A DNA stretch of 64,000 nucleotides from a virus. A program made the position numbers and the translations under genes. Positions within the stretch are counted from its first letter, which is position 1; each line of letters opens with the position of its first letter. Under the pieces are notes generated by a model. The model had not been told where the DNA came from. It did not search any database and was given only the letters and a program-made list of their open reading frames with translations. Below, piece after piece: positions 29,915-39,613 of this stretch. The stretch lies in the IMG/VR virus record IMGVR_UViG_3300007511_000004, positions 1-64,000 of that record, one strand, 5' to 3'.

Positions 29915-30174
29915 ACCCCGACGGTCAGGCGTTTCCATGTTGTTACCTATCAAATCCCTATTATCAACGGGTAGTGGGAGTCGATGAAGGCTTCGTCCAG
30001 CATGTCATGGAAAAGTACCATACAGATCGTGATGATCTGAATGTATTTAAAGCTGACATAAAAGATATCATCAATCATAAATGGTTTACCGAGACCCTTC
30101 CTGAATCATGGGAAGATGATGATAAGGTACACTATCAATGTGTAAGAATGTGTGGTGTGGATGACGATGAATGA
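29863..30174 (+). CDS. SPASM/twitch Fe-S domain (stand-alone, or frameshifted tail of the upstream radical SAM)
   Basis: IHCKW..LLVNPDGQAFPCCY...CVRMCG; in the -1 frame and overlapping the upstream ORF. Confidence 0.75.
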   Translation: MVKKIHCKWEQDKRLLVNPDGQAFPCCYLSNPYYQRVVGVDEGFVQHVMEKYHTDRDDLNVFKADIKDIINHKWFTETLPESWEDDDKVHYQCVRMCGVDDDE

Positions 30175-31517
30175 ATTACACCGGACTATCATATGGGTTT
30201 CATGATGCTGCAATAGCATACATCAAAGATGATGAAATACTTGGCGCATATCACGCAGAACGCGAAAGCCGAGTTAAGAATGATCGAAATCCTAACCAAA
30301 GTTGGGAAGAAGCAATCCTAACCAAAGTTGGGAAAAAGTGCTTCTATGAGAAACCTTTTAAAAAGAATCTTAGAAGATTATATGCTGGTCAGAAGTGGAA
30401 GAAGGCACCCGACGCTGACTTCTACGTAGACCATCATTGGTCACATGCTGCAGCCGCATATTACACTCGTCCCTTTACAGAAGAGCCGGTTTGTGTCGTA
30501 ATTGACGCTATCGGTGAATGGGATACTGCCTCTATATGGTGGAAAAAGAAAAAAGTCTGGAGTATGAGATACCCCAAGTCTTTGGGATTATTCTATTCTG
30601 CAATTACCCAACATATCGGTCTCAAACCCAACGAAGATGAATATATTACTATGGGGATGGCTGCATATGGTGAGTCGATCTATAGCAGGCATATGGAATT
30701 CCTCACAAGAGAGAACCTACATACTGGGATACCTAGTTGGTTTATGAATTATGCTCGGCCTGAAGACGTTGCAGCTTCGGCTCAGGTTATCATTGAAGAT
30801 AAAATATTAGAAATTATTAACCGGGCTCGAAGATATTCAGAACATCTCTGTTACGGCGGGGGTGTTGCTTTAAATTGCGTAGCCAATAGTAAAATCCAAC
30901 CCCTATTTAAGAACATGTGGATCCTCCCATCCCCGGGCGATTCTGGTAGTGCTATCGGGGCAGCTGCTGCCATCAATGGGAAGATGTTAAACTGGATCGA
31001 TCCATACTTGGGATATGACATAAAGGGAGAAGTAAACCCCAAGACAGTTGTTAACCATCTGATCAAACATTCTTATTGTGGGATCGCGAGCGGTCGGGCG
31101 GAATTCGGCCCACGAGCACTGGGAAACAGAAGTCTTATTGCTGACCCTCGGTTAGATATTAAGGATACTGTCAATCGAATTAAACGAAGACAGAAGTTCC
31201 GGCCATTTGCGCCTGCTATCCTAGAAGAGCATGCTAATGAATATTTTGAAGGACCAATGAACGAATATATGCAATTTGTGGCAAGTGCAAAACATGATTA
31301 TAGCTCTGTTACTCATGTCGACGGGACTGCCAGGGTACAACTTGTAAGAAAAAATTGTAAGTCTATAATCCGGCCTATCCTTGAAGAATTCTATGAGCAA
31401 ACTGGGGTTCCCATGCTCCTTAATACAAGCCTAAATATTAAGGGACAGCCGATAGTTAACACAGAACGGCACGCAGAAGAATTTGAACGAGAGTATGGGG
31501 TTAGGGTATTTAAGTGA
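30171..31517 (+). CDS. O-carbamoyltransferase (NodU/CmcH family)
   Basis: GFHDAA, HHWSHAAAAY, VIDAIGE, SLGLFYS, GGVALNCVAN, EFGPRALGNRSL, FRPFAP, THVDGTARVQ, LLNTSLN. Confidence 0.95.
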   Translation: MNYTGLSYGFHDAAIAYIKDDEILGAYHAERESRVKNDRNPNQSWEEAILTKVGKKCFYEKPFKKNLRRLYAGQKWKKAPDADFYVDHHWSHAAAAYYTRPFTEEPVCVVIDAIGEWDTASIWWKKKKVWSMRYPKSLGLFYSAITQHIGLKPNEDEYITMGMAAYGESIYSRHMEFLTRENLHTGIPSWFMNYARPEDVAASAQVIIEDKILEIINRARRYSEHLCYGGGVALNCVANSKIQPLFKNMWILPSPGDSGSAIGAAAAINGKMLNWIDPYLGYDIKGEVNPKTVVNHLIKHSYCGIASGRAEFGPRALGNRSLIADPRLDIKDTVNRIKRRQKFRPFAPAILEEHANEYFEGPMNEYMQFVASAKHDYSSVTHVDGTARVQLVRKNCKSIIRPILEEFYEQTGVPMLLNTSLNIKGQPIVNTERHAEEFEREYGVRVFK

Positions 31518-32299
31518 CTTATATATTAGCGGTTGGGTGTAGTTTTACGGATCCTAAATGGAGATCTCATCAACATATTGATGATGAAGATCTTAGAGGC
31601 GATTGGCCAAGGTGGCCCGAAATAGTCGCTATGAAAAAAGGAATGGCCTGTAAAAATCTAGGTAGAGCTGGGGCTTCCAGTCATTTGATTATGCAGCTGG
31701 CCGCATCCAAAATACATTCCGATGATCCGCCACATACAGTACTTGTTCAATTGTCAGATTGGTCAAGATTCAGTGTCTATGGTGCCCGGAATATGGCATT
31801 CTATGCTACGGTAGATCAAGGGAATGAATTCGATACCAGGAATAGAACCGAGCTAGGCCTATATGTTTGGAAGCGATCTAAACTGGAAGATGTCATTACT
31901 GAAAACCTCCTCCTCATTTTGAATCTCATCCATTTATGTAAATCTAAGAAGATCAAGCTTTTAATTGGACAGAATCATATTGGACCTATCTGGACTGATT
32001 TATATAACACTCAGAAAAATACTATAGAGAGGATAATCCCCGACTTCTTTAACGGGAATGGGGATCAATGGATTAATAAAATAACCGTACCGCGAACATG
32101 GATGAACAATCCATATTTCTCCGAGATGGAAAAACATAAAGAGTACTTGATCGGTTGGCCTTTCATGGACTCTTTGGGCGGGGAGACGATATCTACTCGG
32201 AAACATGAGATATCTGACGTTGACCATCATCCGAATAAAAAAGGCCAAGAATATATTGCAGAAATGTTTTTAAGGAGTTGGGCCGATGTTAAAGTATAG
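31514..32299 (+). CDS. SGNH/GDSL-like hydrolase/acyltransferase
   Basis: GCSFT, NLGRAGAS, DHHPNKKGQ. Confidence 0.7.
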   Translation: MTYILAVGCSFTDPKWRSHQHIDDEDLRGDWPRWPEIVAMKKGMACKNLGRAGASSHLIMQLAASKIHSDDPPHTVLVQLSDWSRFSVYGARNMAFYATVDQGNEFDTRNRTELGLYVWKRSKLEDVITENLLLILNLIHLCKSKKIKLLIGQNHIGPIWTDLYNTQKNTIERIIPDFFNGNGDQWINKITVPRTWMNNPYFSEMEKHKEYLIGWPFMDSLGGETISTRKHEISDVDHHPNKKGQEYIAEMFLRSWADVKV

Positions 32300-32393
32300 A
32301 ATAAGAATTTGGATCTATAGGATCAAGAGATTGTTTCTCAAGGAGGATCGCGAAGTCCAAAATTTCATATACGATAATGATGAAGATAAATGA
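32286..32393 (+). CDS. Small basic peptide, 35 aa
   Basis: Manual translation MLKYRIRIWIYRIKRLFLKEDREVQNFIYDNDEDK*. AGGAG upstream; ATGA-coupled to the next gene; fills the only gap in the operon. Confidence 0.6.
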   Translation: MLKYRIRIWIYRIKRLFLKEDREVQNFIYDNDEDK

Positions 32394-32926
32394 AAGAATT
32401 ACGCTCCTCTCTAGATCCATTCCCCTTTGCGGTGATTGATGATATCATGGATCCCTATACATTCGGGTTAGTGAAGGAATATGGGTATCATGTTCTGAAT
32501 AGGTATGAAGAAAAAGGCATCCATCAGCATATAATGGATAAGAATGAATCCCCGTTATTATTCTCAGTACTAGAGGGCGTAAATGACGAATTCCGGGATA
32601 TCTATTATGATAAGTGGGGGATAGATAAGAATATTACCTCCCACACCAATGTTCAGTTCTCCTGCTATAACACCGATCATACTGATTATCCTGAATATAA
32701 TATTCACAATGATTCTAAAAAGAAAATCACGTCATGCGTTATTGCACTATCTGATAGGGGGAATATGACCGAAATCTATTCGGGTAAGAAGAAATTGGTG
32801 CATAGTCCTGAATGGAAACCGAACAGAGGGGTTCTATTCAAGAGAAGCGATACGAGTTGGCATAAGGTCGGGAACCCGTTGGGAGGGCCAAGGTTGTGTG
32901 TTAATATATTCAGAAGCGGGGCATAA
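32390..32926 (+). CDS. 2OG-Fe(II) oxygenase
   Basis: PFPFAVIDD, IHND, WKPNRGVLF, SWHKV, R. Confidence 0.8.
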   Translation: MKELRSSLDPFPFAVIDDIMDPYTFGLVKEYGYHVLNRYEEKGIHQHIMDKNESPLLFSVLEGVNDEFRDIYYDKWGIDKNITSHTNVQFSCYNTDHTDYPEYNIHNDSKKKITSCVIALSDRGNMTEIYSGKKKLVHSPEWKPNRGVLFKRSDTSWHKVGNPLGGPRLCVNIFRSGA

Positions 32927-32931
32927 TAGCC

Positions 32932-33888
32932 GTGACTTATCTTTTAGTGGGTGGGTGTAGTTGGAGCGATATAAATTATAATAGTCCCGACCCAGATTAT
33001 AATGGCCCAAAGGAATATTTGAAATGGTCTGAACATCTTGCAAATTACCTAGATGTACCGCTGGTATCCGTTGCTTGGTGTGGGCGGGGGCAATACTACA
33101 ATTACCCCCTACTGATGGATCGTATCTTATCTGATAACCCTCCTGAATATGTCGTCTGGCAACTATCGGGTAGTCGTAGATTCGAGATACCGGGCTCATC
33201 TATAGATTTCTGTAGTCCAATATTGAACCCCAAAGCAGGAAAAGAGTTAACAACTCTGGGTCATAGATATATGCGAGTTAATAATCGCGATGATCTTATT
33301 GATCTAGTGGAGAATGCAATGCCGTCTGCCGTTGAACGAAAGCACTTATATAATGTGGCTAAAAATCTCCTTGATTCTATATTTTATTATTCTACTAATA
33401 CGTACGATTTACTTGAAGAACAATTCCGAATGATTTATAGATTCAAAAGAACTTGTGAATTATTAGGTATTAAGTTTTTCGTATTTGCTACAGATGTTAA
33501 TATAATTGATAGGGATGGTCTTAGGGATAACCTACTAGAAACAGTTCCGGAATACCATGTTAATTCAGCTCATAATATAGCTCGAAAACTCCAGATGATG
33601 AGTCATCATCCGTTAGAAAAATATAAATCTAAGACATCGAAACAATTAGCATACGGCCAGGTTCTGAGACAAATTACGAGTACCGATATTTTTAAGACCC
33701 TTGAAGAGGACCATACAGGAATATATGGCTGGCCTTTCTTTCCCGAGCTCGGAGGGGAAACATTATGCGCATTGAGGGACCCGGAATATTCAAGGGGAGA
33801 GCTAACGGTAAGCGCGAAGGACCAGCATCCCAATTCCCTTGGACATAAAATTTTATTTGAAAAGGTCGCAAAAGAGTGGAACATCTAG
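32932..33888 (+). CDS. SGNH/GDSL-like protein
   Basis: GGCSWS, GWPFFPELGG, DQHPNSLGH; paralogous to 31514-32299. Confidence 0.7.
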   Translation: MTYLLVGGCSWSDINYNSPDPDYNGPKEYLKWSEHLANYLDVPLVSVAWCGRGQYYNYPLLMDRILSDNPPEYVVWQLSGSRRFEIPGSSIDFCSPILNPKAGKELTTLGHRYMRVNNRDDLIDLVENAMPSAVERKHLYNVAKNLLDSIFYYSTNTYDLLEEQFRMIYRFKRTCELLGIKFFVFATDVNIIDRDGLRDNLLETVPEYHVNSAHNIARKLQMMSHHPLEKYKSKTSKQLAYGQVLRQITSTDIFKTLEEDHTGIYGWPFFPELGGETLCALRDPEYSRGELTVSAKDQHPNSLGHKILFEKVAKEWNI

Positions 33889-34826
33889 AAAGAGCCGTAA
33901 TAGAGGTATTTGGGGGTTGCAACTATACTTGCGATATGTGCCCTCAGTCCTCGGGCAGAGGACGCGATTGGACGCGGAAAATGCCTCTTCGGTTATTTGA
34001 AAACATTCTGGATCAATTACCCGGAAAGCCTATTATTAACCTTGAAGGCTCTGGTGAACCTACGATGGCCAAGGATTTACCGAGATATGTTGAAGCGTGT
34101 ACGAACCGTGGTCTTAAAACATTTATGTTTACGAATGGTTCTTATTTCACGGGAGATCTTTTAAAAGATACAATTGATGCGGGTTTATCGTTTGTTAGGT
34201 TTTCATGCATAGGGTATAATCGAGATCTATATCAGAAATGGATGAGCCAAGATAACTTTAATATGCTGAAGAAGCACGTCACCGAGACTAATGACTATAT
34301 TAGTAAACGCAATAGTAATTGTGAGGTTAGTAGCTACCATCTAATTCTAGATAATGATAATGTAGAACATGAAATCGACGAGTATCGATCCAACTTTATT
34401 GATCCACTCGGTACTATAGGATATATTTGGAAAATGCACAATTGGAGTGGGAATTGGTCGCCCGAGTATGATAGGAAGTCTCCGGAAAAGCGGACATGCG
34501 GCCGGCCGTTCGCCCCCGAGATTACTATTAGAGCAGGTGGAGTGAATGGGTTAAGAGGGGCAGTCACTCCCTGTTGCCAGACTATGGGACCGCCCAATGA
34601 GGATAAGAGTGTGCTAGGTCATTTCCAGAATCAAACATTTGAAGATATTTGGTACGGTGATGAATATAACAAACTTCGGAAAGCCCATGAGCTCGGGGAA
34701 TGGCCTGATTATTGTGAGAATTGTGATTTCTTGATCGATGATAATGAGGTGTTAGTGTGGAGCAACGATCCTACTGCAAAAGTCCATAAGATGATCGGTG
34801 CAACGGATTTAGGGGAATATAGATGA
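33876..34826 (+). CDS. Radical SAM/SPASM enzyme
   Basis: CNYTCDMC, GSGEP, FTNG, C..PF...PCC...CENC. Confidence 0.9.
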   Translation: MEHLERAVIEVFGGCNYTCDMCPQSSGRGRDWTRKMPLRLFENILDQLPGKPIINLEGSGEPTMAKDLPRYVEACTNRGLKTFMFTNGSYFTGDLLKDTIDAGLSFVRFSCIGYNRDLYQKWMSQDNFNMLKKHVTETNDYISKRNSNCEVSSYHLILDNDNVEHEIDEYRSNFIDPLGTIGYIWKMHNWSGNWSPEYDRKSPEKRTCGRPFAPEITIRAGGVNGLRGAVTPCCQTMGPPNEDKSVLGHFQNQTFEDIWYGDEYNKLRKAHELGEWPDYCENCDFLIDDNEVLVWSNDPTAKVHKMIGATDLGEYR

Positions 34827-36364
34827 GAATATTAATTGCATACCCAAATCTACCCCTTATGCTCGTACCTGCTGTTACGGTCGGCCTGTTTACGGACATA
34901 TGCAAAAAAGAAAATGTTGAAATAGATCTCTTTGAGACTACTGCCTACAGTGATGATCCTGAAGCTGGTATGATCTTTAAAACCAAACTTGGAAACGGTA
35001 GGGCTTATTCTATTGAAGAGATTGGGATGGAGATCCGGTCAACTAATTATATGTTGGATGATTTCAGATCAAAGGTATTGGGGTATGATCCGGATCTGAT
35101 CTTGTTCTCAACGGTTGAAGATACCTTCAAAGATACGGTAGCAATGCTTGAAAAGATTGCTGATCTTGGAATCCCCCATATCGTGGGTGGCGTATTTCCC
35201 ATAGCGGCACCGGATCGATGCCTGGAACATCCTTTGATAAAAGCGATTTGCAGATTCGAGGGAGAATATGTAGTACGAGACGTTATTCGTAGGATGAAGG
35301 ATAATCTACCATGGGATGACGTTGCGGGTATATGGACCAAGGAGAAAAGAAACCCATTCCAGCCTCTGGTAGACATTGATGAATATAGCCCCGACTACAG
35401 TCTTTATCATCCCGATAGATTCCTGAGAGCCGTCGGAGGTAATATTGTTAGGTCGATTAATCTTGAATCGTATCGAGGGTGTCCATATTCTTGTACTTTT
35501 TGTAATAGTCCAATGACCCGTGGATTGGATAAGAAGTTTCTTAGAAGGAAATCAATCGGAGTATTGAAAAAGGAGATAGAGGAGTATATTGAACTGTATG
35601 ATCCCAGTTACTTCTTCTTCGTCGACGATTCATTCCTTGCCAGACCGAAACATGAGGTCTTTGCAATCTGTGATCTCATGGAGGAATACGGGATACCTTG
35701 GTGGTGTAATACTCGTATTGAAAACGTAAATGAAGAACTTCTTGCAGCAATGAAGAGAGGTAATTGCGATCGGATCCAATATGGCATTGAGTGTGGAAAC
35801 GACGAATATCGCAAGACCGTCTTAAAAAGAAATGTAACACTCGAACAATATCATGATAAAATTAATATAATAAATAACTCAGGTATACCATATGGTCTAA
35901 ATGTGATTATTGGTTTACCACATGAAACAAAAGAGATGGTGTTTGAGACTGTTGATCTGGTAAAAGAGTTTGGTGGTAATGATGGTATTGCAGTAGCTAT
36001 CTTTATTCCGTACCATGGCACCTTACTTAGAAAGTATGCCATTGATAATGGACTATTGGATCCTGACTGGATATCGGGAGATGGATATTTATTGGGAGGG
36101 TCTGCTCTAGTGCAACCCGAAGGTTACCTATCTAGGGAAGATATTTGGAATTTGGCAAATACGTTTAAATATTATGCTCTATTTAATAAGGACCTATGGC
36201 ATTTAATTGATGAGGATATTGAAAACGCCGAGAAACTATATAATGAGTCATTCTTTTTAGATAAAGCAGCAGATGGCATGACAAATATTATTAATCGAAC
36301 TAAGAAGATTTGGTCGTGTGAAACAGACGGATATCATGACGTTAGAATATTACAAAACGTATAG
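34823..36364 (+). CDS. Cobalamin-dependent (class B) radical SAM, probable methyltransferase
   Basis: B12-binding N-domain (HIVGGVFP, FEGE), RGCPYSCTFC, FVDDSF, GIECG, IIGLPHET, PYHGT. Confidence 0.88.
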   Translation: MRILIAYPNLPLMLVPAVTVGLFTDICKKENVEIDLFETTAYSDDPEAGMIFKTKLGNGRAYSIEEIGMEIRSTNYMLDDFRSKVLGYDPDLILFSTVEDTFKDTVAMLEKIADLGIPHIVGGVFPIAAPDRCLEHPLIKAICRFEGEYVVRDVIRRMKDNLPWDDVAGIWTKEKRNPFQPLVDIDEYSPDYSLYHPDRFLRAVGGNIVRSINLESYRGCPYSCTFCNSPMTRGLDKKFLRRKSIGVLKKEIEEYIELYDPSYFFFVDDSFLARPKHEVFAICDLMEEYGIPWWCNTRIENVNEELLAAMKRGNCDRIQYGIECGNDEYRKTVLKRNVTLEQYHDKINIINNSGIPYGLNVIIGLPHETKEMVFETVDLVKEFGGNDGIAVAIFIPYHGTLLRKYAIDNGLLDPDWISGDGYLLGGSALVQPEGYLSREDIWNLANTFKYYALFNKDLWHLIDEDIENAEKLYNESFFLDKAADGMTNIINRTKKIWSCETDGYHDVRILQNV

Positions 36365-37229
36365 AATTAATACTGCCGAGGCGTGGACAAAGGTTGATAT
36401 AGACCGCTCCCGGCTATGTTATATTAACTCTAGGGGTGCTTTTGGTTGGTGTGATATATTAGCAAAGCTTTCTGAAGTATTTCTGGATGCTCAATTAAAG
36501 AGTAGACTTACAGATAGAACCCCACATTATACGATTGTAACCCCGGAATGGGTATTGGACAAACTCTGGGAGGGTGACGAATACGAATCATATGATAGAA
36601 TCGAATTTGTAATAAACAACTTCATTCCTCCTGATAATGGTATTATAATATCGGTTTATATCATATCAGAGGAAGCCGATTTGAATTTATTTGAACCCTA
36701 TCATGATGATAAGGATAAAAGATCGAATGGGGTGGAATGGCCATTTATTACCAATACCAAATGGTCGCTCAAAGATCAGGGACTACCTAAAGAGTATGTG
36801 ACATGGAATAGACTTGGGAGAACCTTTCAGAAAGAGCAGTACCCACATTTACTCCAAATAGAGGAGTGGCTTGAGGAAGCATTAGATCGGTATGATATAC
36901 CACATAAAATAATTGATTATAGTATGAGTCCCAAGAGAACTTATGATATTATGTCGTCTAGTGCATTACACATCTCATACGTTGGGGCGACGTGGTGGCT
37001 AGCACATTATATGGATATTCCTATTTTTGATTATGGATTGACTGGGCCCATGGGTTCTCTATTCGGGGAATTAAGAGCGCCGGGAAGAGCCAAGAAACAT
37101 CCCCAAATGACCTGGGATTCTTCAATTGGAAGATTCAAGGAAAAGAAGCATTTACCACTTGTCCACCTATCCGGCCAATGTGATAAAGAAGAATTAGTAA
37201 GGAATTTATTAAAACATGTACCCTTATAA
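36318..37229 (+). CDS. Hypothetical protein, paralog 1 of 3 (possible GT-B-like)
   Basis: IDYS..LHISYVGATWWLAHYMDIP shared with the next two ORFs. Confidence 0.55.
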   Translation: MKQTDIMTLEYYKTYRINTAEAWTKVDIDRSRLCYINSRGAFGWCDILAKLSEVFLDAQLKSRLTDRTPHYTIVTPEWVLDKLWEGDEYESYDRIEFVINNFIPPDNGIIISVYIISEEADLNLFEPYHDDKDKRSNGVEWPFITNTKWSLKDQGLPKEYVTWNRLGRTFQKEQYPHLLQIEEWLEEALDRYDIPHKIIDYSMSPKRTYDIMSSSALHISYVGATWWLAHYMDIPIFDYGLTGPMGSLFGELRAPGRAKKHPQMTWDSSIGRFKEKKHLPLVHLSGQCDKEELVRNLLKHVPL

Positions 37230-38064
37230 GACCCTATATTTGGGTGCACCGGACACTGGTGAAATAGTCCTTCCGAATGAGGGGGATTTTCACCTCATGA
37301 ATACTAAATATGTAACGTGGTGCGATACGCTTTCCAGGCTAAGCGTAATGTTCCTGAATGCAGAAGTGAAAAGCCGGATGCATATTGGTCCCTCGAAAGC
37401 TACCCTTTATATCCCGGAAACATATCTGACAGATAAGTTTAAGGCGAAGGATAAGGAGCTACCGGTAGAAAGGATAGAGAAATTAATTTTCAGTCTCCGG
37501 AGACCGACCAACGGGTTGATAGTTACGATATATGTATTAGCCGATTGGGGATATCAACTAGAATTACCGCAATCTGCGTGGCCATTTTCGACTAATGTAT
37601 GTTGGCCGTTCAAATTCCCTCACATGCCCAAAGATTATATTACCATTCAAAAACATCAGGCTGGATCACCAGAGGGGGCTCATGTTATAGAGGTGCAGGA
37701 AAAAGTCATTGAGCATTTCGAGAATAAAGGGATCGATATCAGATATATCGATTACTCTCAAGATACCAATTATGTCCTTAATACTATGGCAGGTTCCAAA
37801 TTACACGTTTCGTATCGAGGCGCAAGTTGGTGGATTGCCCATTATCTAGAAATGCCAGTATTAGCATATGGTGATAAAAGGGGTTCACAAGCATTATTCG
37901 GTGCTCATAATAGTTCGGCATGTCAAGAGTATGGGCCCGAAAAACCCAGTATATTATCCTATAGAGGACATGATTTTGTTTTCGAGGCGAAACCAGAAGA
38001 ATATTCGATTAGTAGAGAAGATGATGTAGATGATACCATACAAAACAAAATATCTTGGTTGTGA
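37216..38064 (+). CDS. Hypothetical protein, paralog 2 of 3
   Basis: IDYS..LHVSYRGASWWIAHYLEMP. Confidence 0.55.
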   Translation: MYPYKTLYLGAPDTGEIVLPNEGDFHLMNTKYVTWCDTLSRLSVMFLNAEVKSRMHIGPSKATLYIPETYLTDKFKAKDKELPVERIEKLIFSLRRPTNGLIVTIYVLADWGYQLELPQSAWPFSTNVCWPFKFPHMPKDYITIQKHQAGSPEGAHVIEVQEKVIEHFENKGIDIRYIDYSQDTNYVLNTMAGSKLHVSYRGASWWIAHYLEMPVLAYGDKRGSQALFGAHNSSACQEYGPEKPSILSYRGHDFVFEAKPEEYSISREDDVDDTIQNKISWL

Positions 38065-38941
38065 TAATAATTCAGAAATTGCCGAAGCTGGCAAATCTGT
38101 TGCGGTAAGATTCTGCTGGGCGACGATGTATTCCTGGGCTACCATGGTTAATACGGTATCCCAAGCATTCGCTCAAGCCCAATTATTACATCAAGAAGGT
38201 GCATACAATGAGCCCGTAAGAGTTGCAGTGTTTTTCACCAAAGAAGAGCATAAGAAAAAAGAAGCGGATCCCGAAACAATTAATTATAGGATTGAGTGGC
38301 TATTCGAGAATATGATGCCGCCGGAATGTGGTATGATAGTGAGCTTTTACGAGCTACCCGAGGGCAAGGAACATATAGTAGTTCCATTCTTTATCTCCAC
38401 TTATTGGCCAACTAAAAAACAATGGAAGGGTGATGGGGACTTTATTACTATCCAGAAAACTGAAGCGGTTGGTGGACCAAAGAAATATCAGATATTTGAG
38501 GAAGCGCCACAGTATATTGAAATGGTAGAAGAACAGGCTACGAAATATGGGTACGATATTAAGTATATTGACTATACTATGCCATTTGATGAAATGCTAG
38601 ATCTTCTCATCCATACAAAACATCACTTCACCTATGCTGGGGCAACTTATTATTTCTGTGCATGCACTGGTACTCCGGTGACAGCTTGGACGTATTTCGA
38701 TCAAAAGATGAGACTTGGGACATATTATGACTATGATACCAAAGAACGAATCGATTGTATGATGCAGGATGCACAATGGGGTAAGATCACTAGTAATAAG
38801 GTAAGGTTGCTTCGATGGGATTGGGATCGGGGCGTAGTTCTAAATAAGACTGATGATTATGTACATCATTTAGAGGATATCTCTGAGCTAGAACGAATCT
38901 TTTATAAACGAATAGAAAATCCTAGATGCAAAGTTGCATAA
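38030..38941 (+). CDS. Hypothetical protein, paralog 3 of 3
   Basis: IDYT..HHFTYAGATYYFCACTGTP. Confidence 0.55.
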   Translation: MIPYKTKYLGCDNNSEIAEAGKSVAVRFCWATMYSWATMVNTVSQAFAQAQLLHQEGAYNEPVRVAVFFTKEEHKKKEADPETINYRIEWLFENMMPPECGMIVSFYELPEGKEHIVVPFFISTYWPTKKQWKGDGDFITIQKTEAVGGPKKYQIFEEAPQYIEMVEEQATKYGYDIKYIDYTMPFDEMLDLLIHTKHHFTYAGATYYFCACTGTPVTAWTYFDQKMRLGTYYDYDTKERIDCMMQDAQWGKITSNKVRLLRWDWDRGVVLNKTDDYVHHLEDISELERIFYKRIENPRCKVA

Positions 38942-38944
38942 ATA
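38937..38944 (+). promoter_or_regulatory. T4-type late promoter
   Basis: CATAAATA at the point where structural genes resume. Confidence 0.65.
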
Positions 38945-38971
38945 ATAGGAAAATAGATAAAGAGGATTGGT

Positions 38972-39325
38972 ATGGCGCAGTTCGAAGAACTTACAATTGA
39001 TCGTGGTGCTGACGCTTCCATTGAGTTGCATCTAGTAGAACCCAACGGTTCTGCCAAAGATCTGACTAATCATAGTGTTGCAGCTAAGATGAAGAAGACG
39101 TATAATAGTGACAGTGATGACACTGTGACTTTCTCTTGTTCTGTCCCCGTTCCCGCCACTGACGGCGTAGCAGTATTGAGTTTGACTAATACACAAACCG
39201 ATGCATTGAATCCGGGAAGATACGTTTACGATGTGGAATTATCCTTCCAAGATAGCGATGCTAATACTATCATCGAAAGAGTTTTAGAGGGTCAAATCAA
39301 TATCACCCCATCAGTGACTAGGTAA
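38972..39325 (+). CDS. Small virion adaptor protein (BppU-like Ig fold)
   Basis: LTIDRGAD, LSLTNTQT.AL.PGRYVYDVE, RVLEGQINITPSVT. Confidence 0.7.
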   Translation: MAQFEELTIDRGADASIELHLVEPNGSAKDLTNHSVAAKMKKTYNSDSDDTVTFSCSVPVPATDGVAVLSLTNTQTDALNPGRYVYDVELSFQDSDANTIIERVLEGQINITPSVTR

Positions 39326-39330
39326 GAAAT

Positions 39331-39588
39331 ATGGCTATTCGGGTCGGAACTAACGGTACGACAATTAAATCGGTAGCTGTGGCGGGATCTACCACCCAGG
39401 TCAAAAAGGTAGTAGTTGGTACACCGGTTCGGAGGATTTCTGTTTCCGGTGACACTATTGACACGCAGCTAGATGTTGACGCGTCAGCTAAACAACATGG
39501 AAGTCTTTTAATTTATGATTCCGACGGGACTAAGTGGACGGCTTCTATCGAATTGGAAAATCAAAACATTAACGGGGGCAATTACTAA
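39331..39588 (+). CDS. Small fibre-associated protein
   Basis: LDVD..GSLLIYDSDGTKW..INGGNY. Confidence 0.6.
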   Translation: MAIRVGTNGTTIKSVAVAGSTTQVKKVVVGTPVRRISVSGDTIDTQLDVDASAKQHGSLLIYDSDGTKWTASIELENQNINGGNY

Positions 39589-39613
39589 TGACTACCCCTA
39601 AAGGAGAACAATA

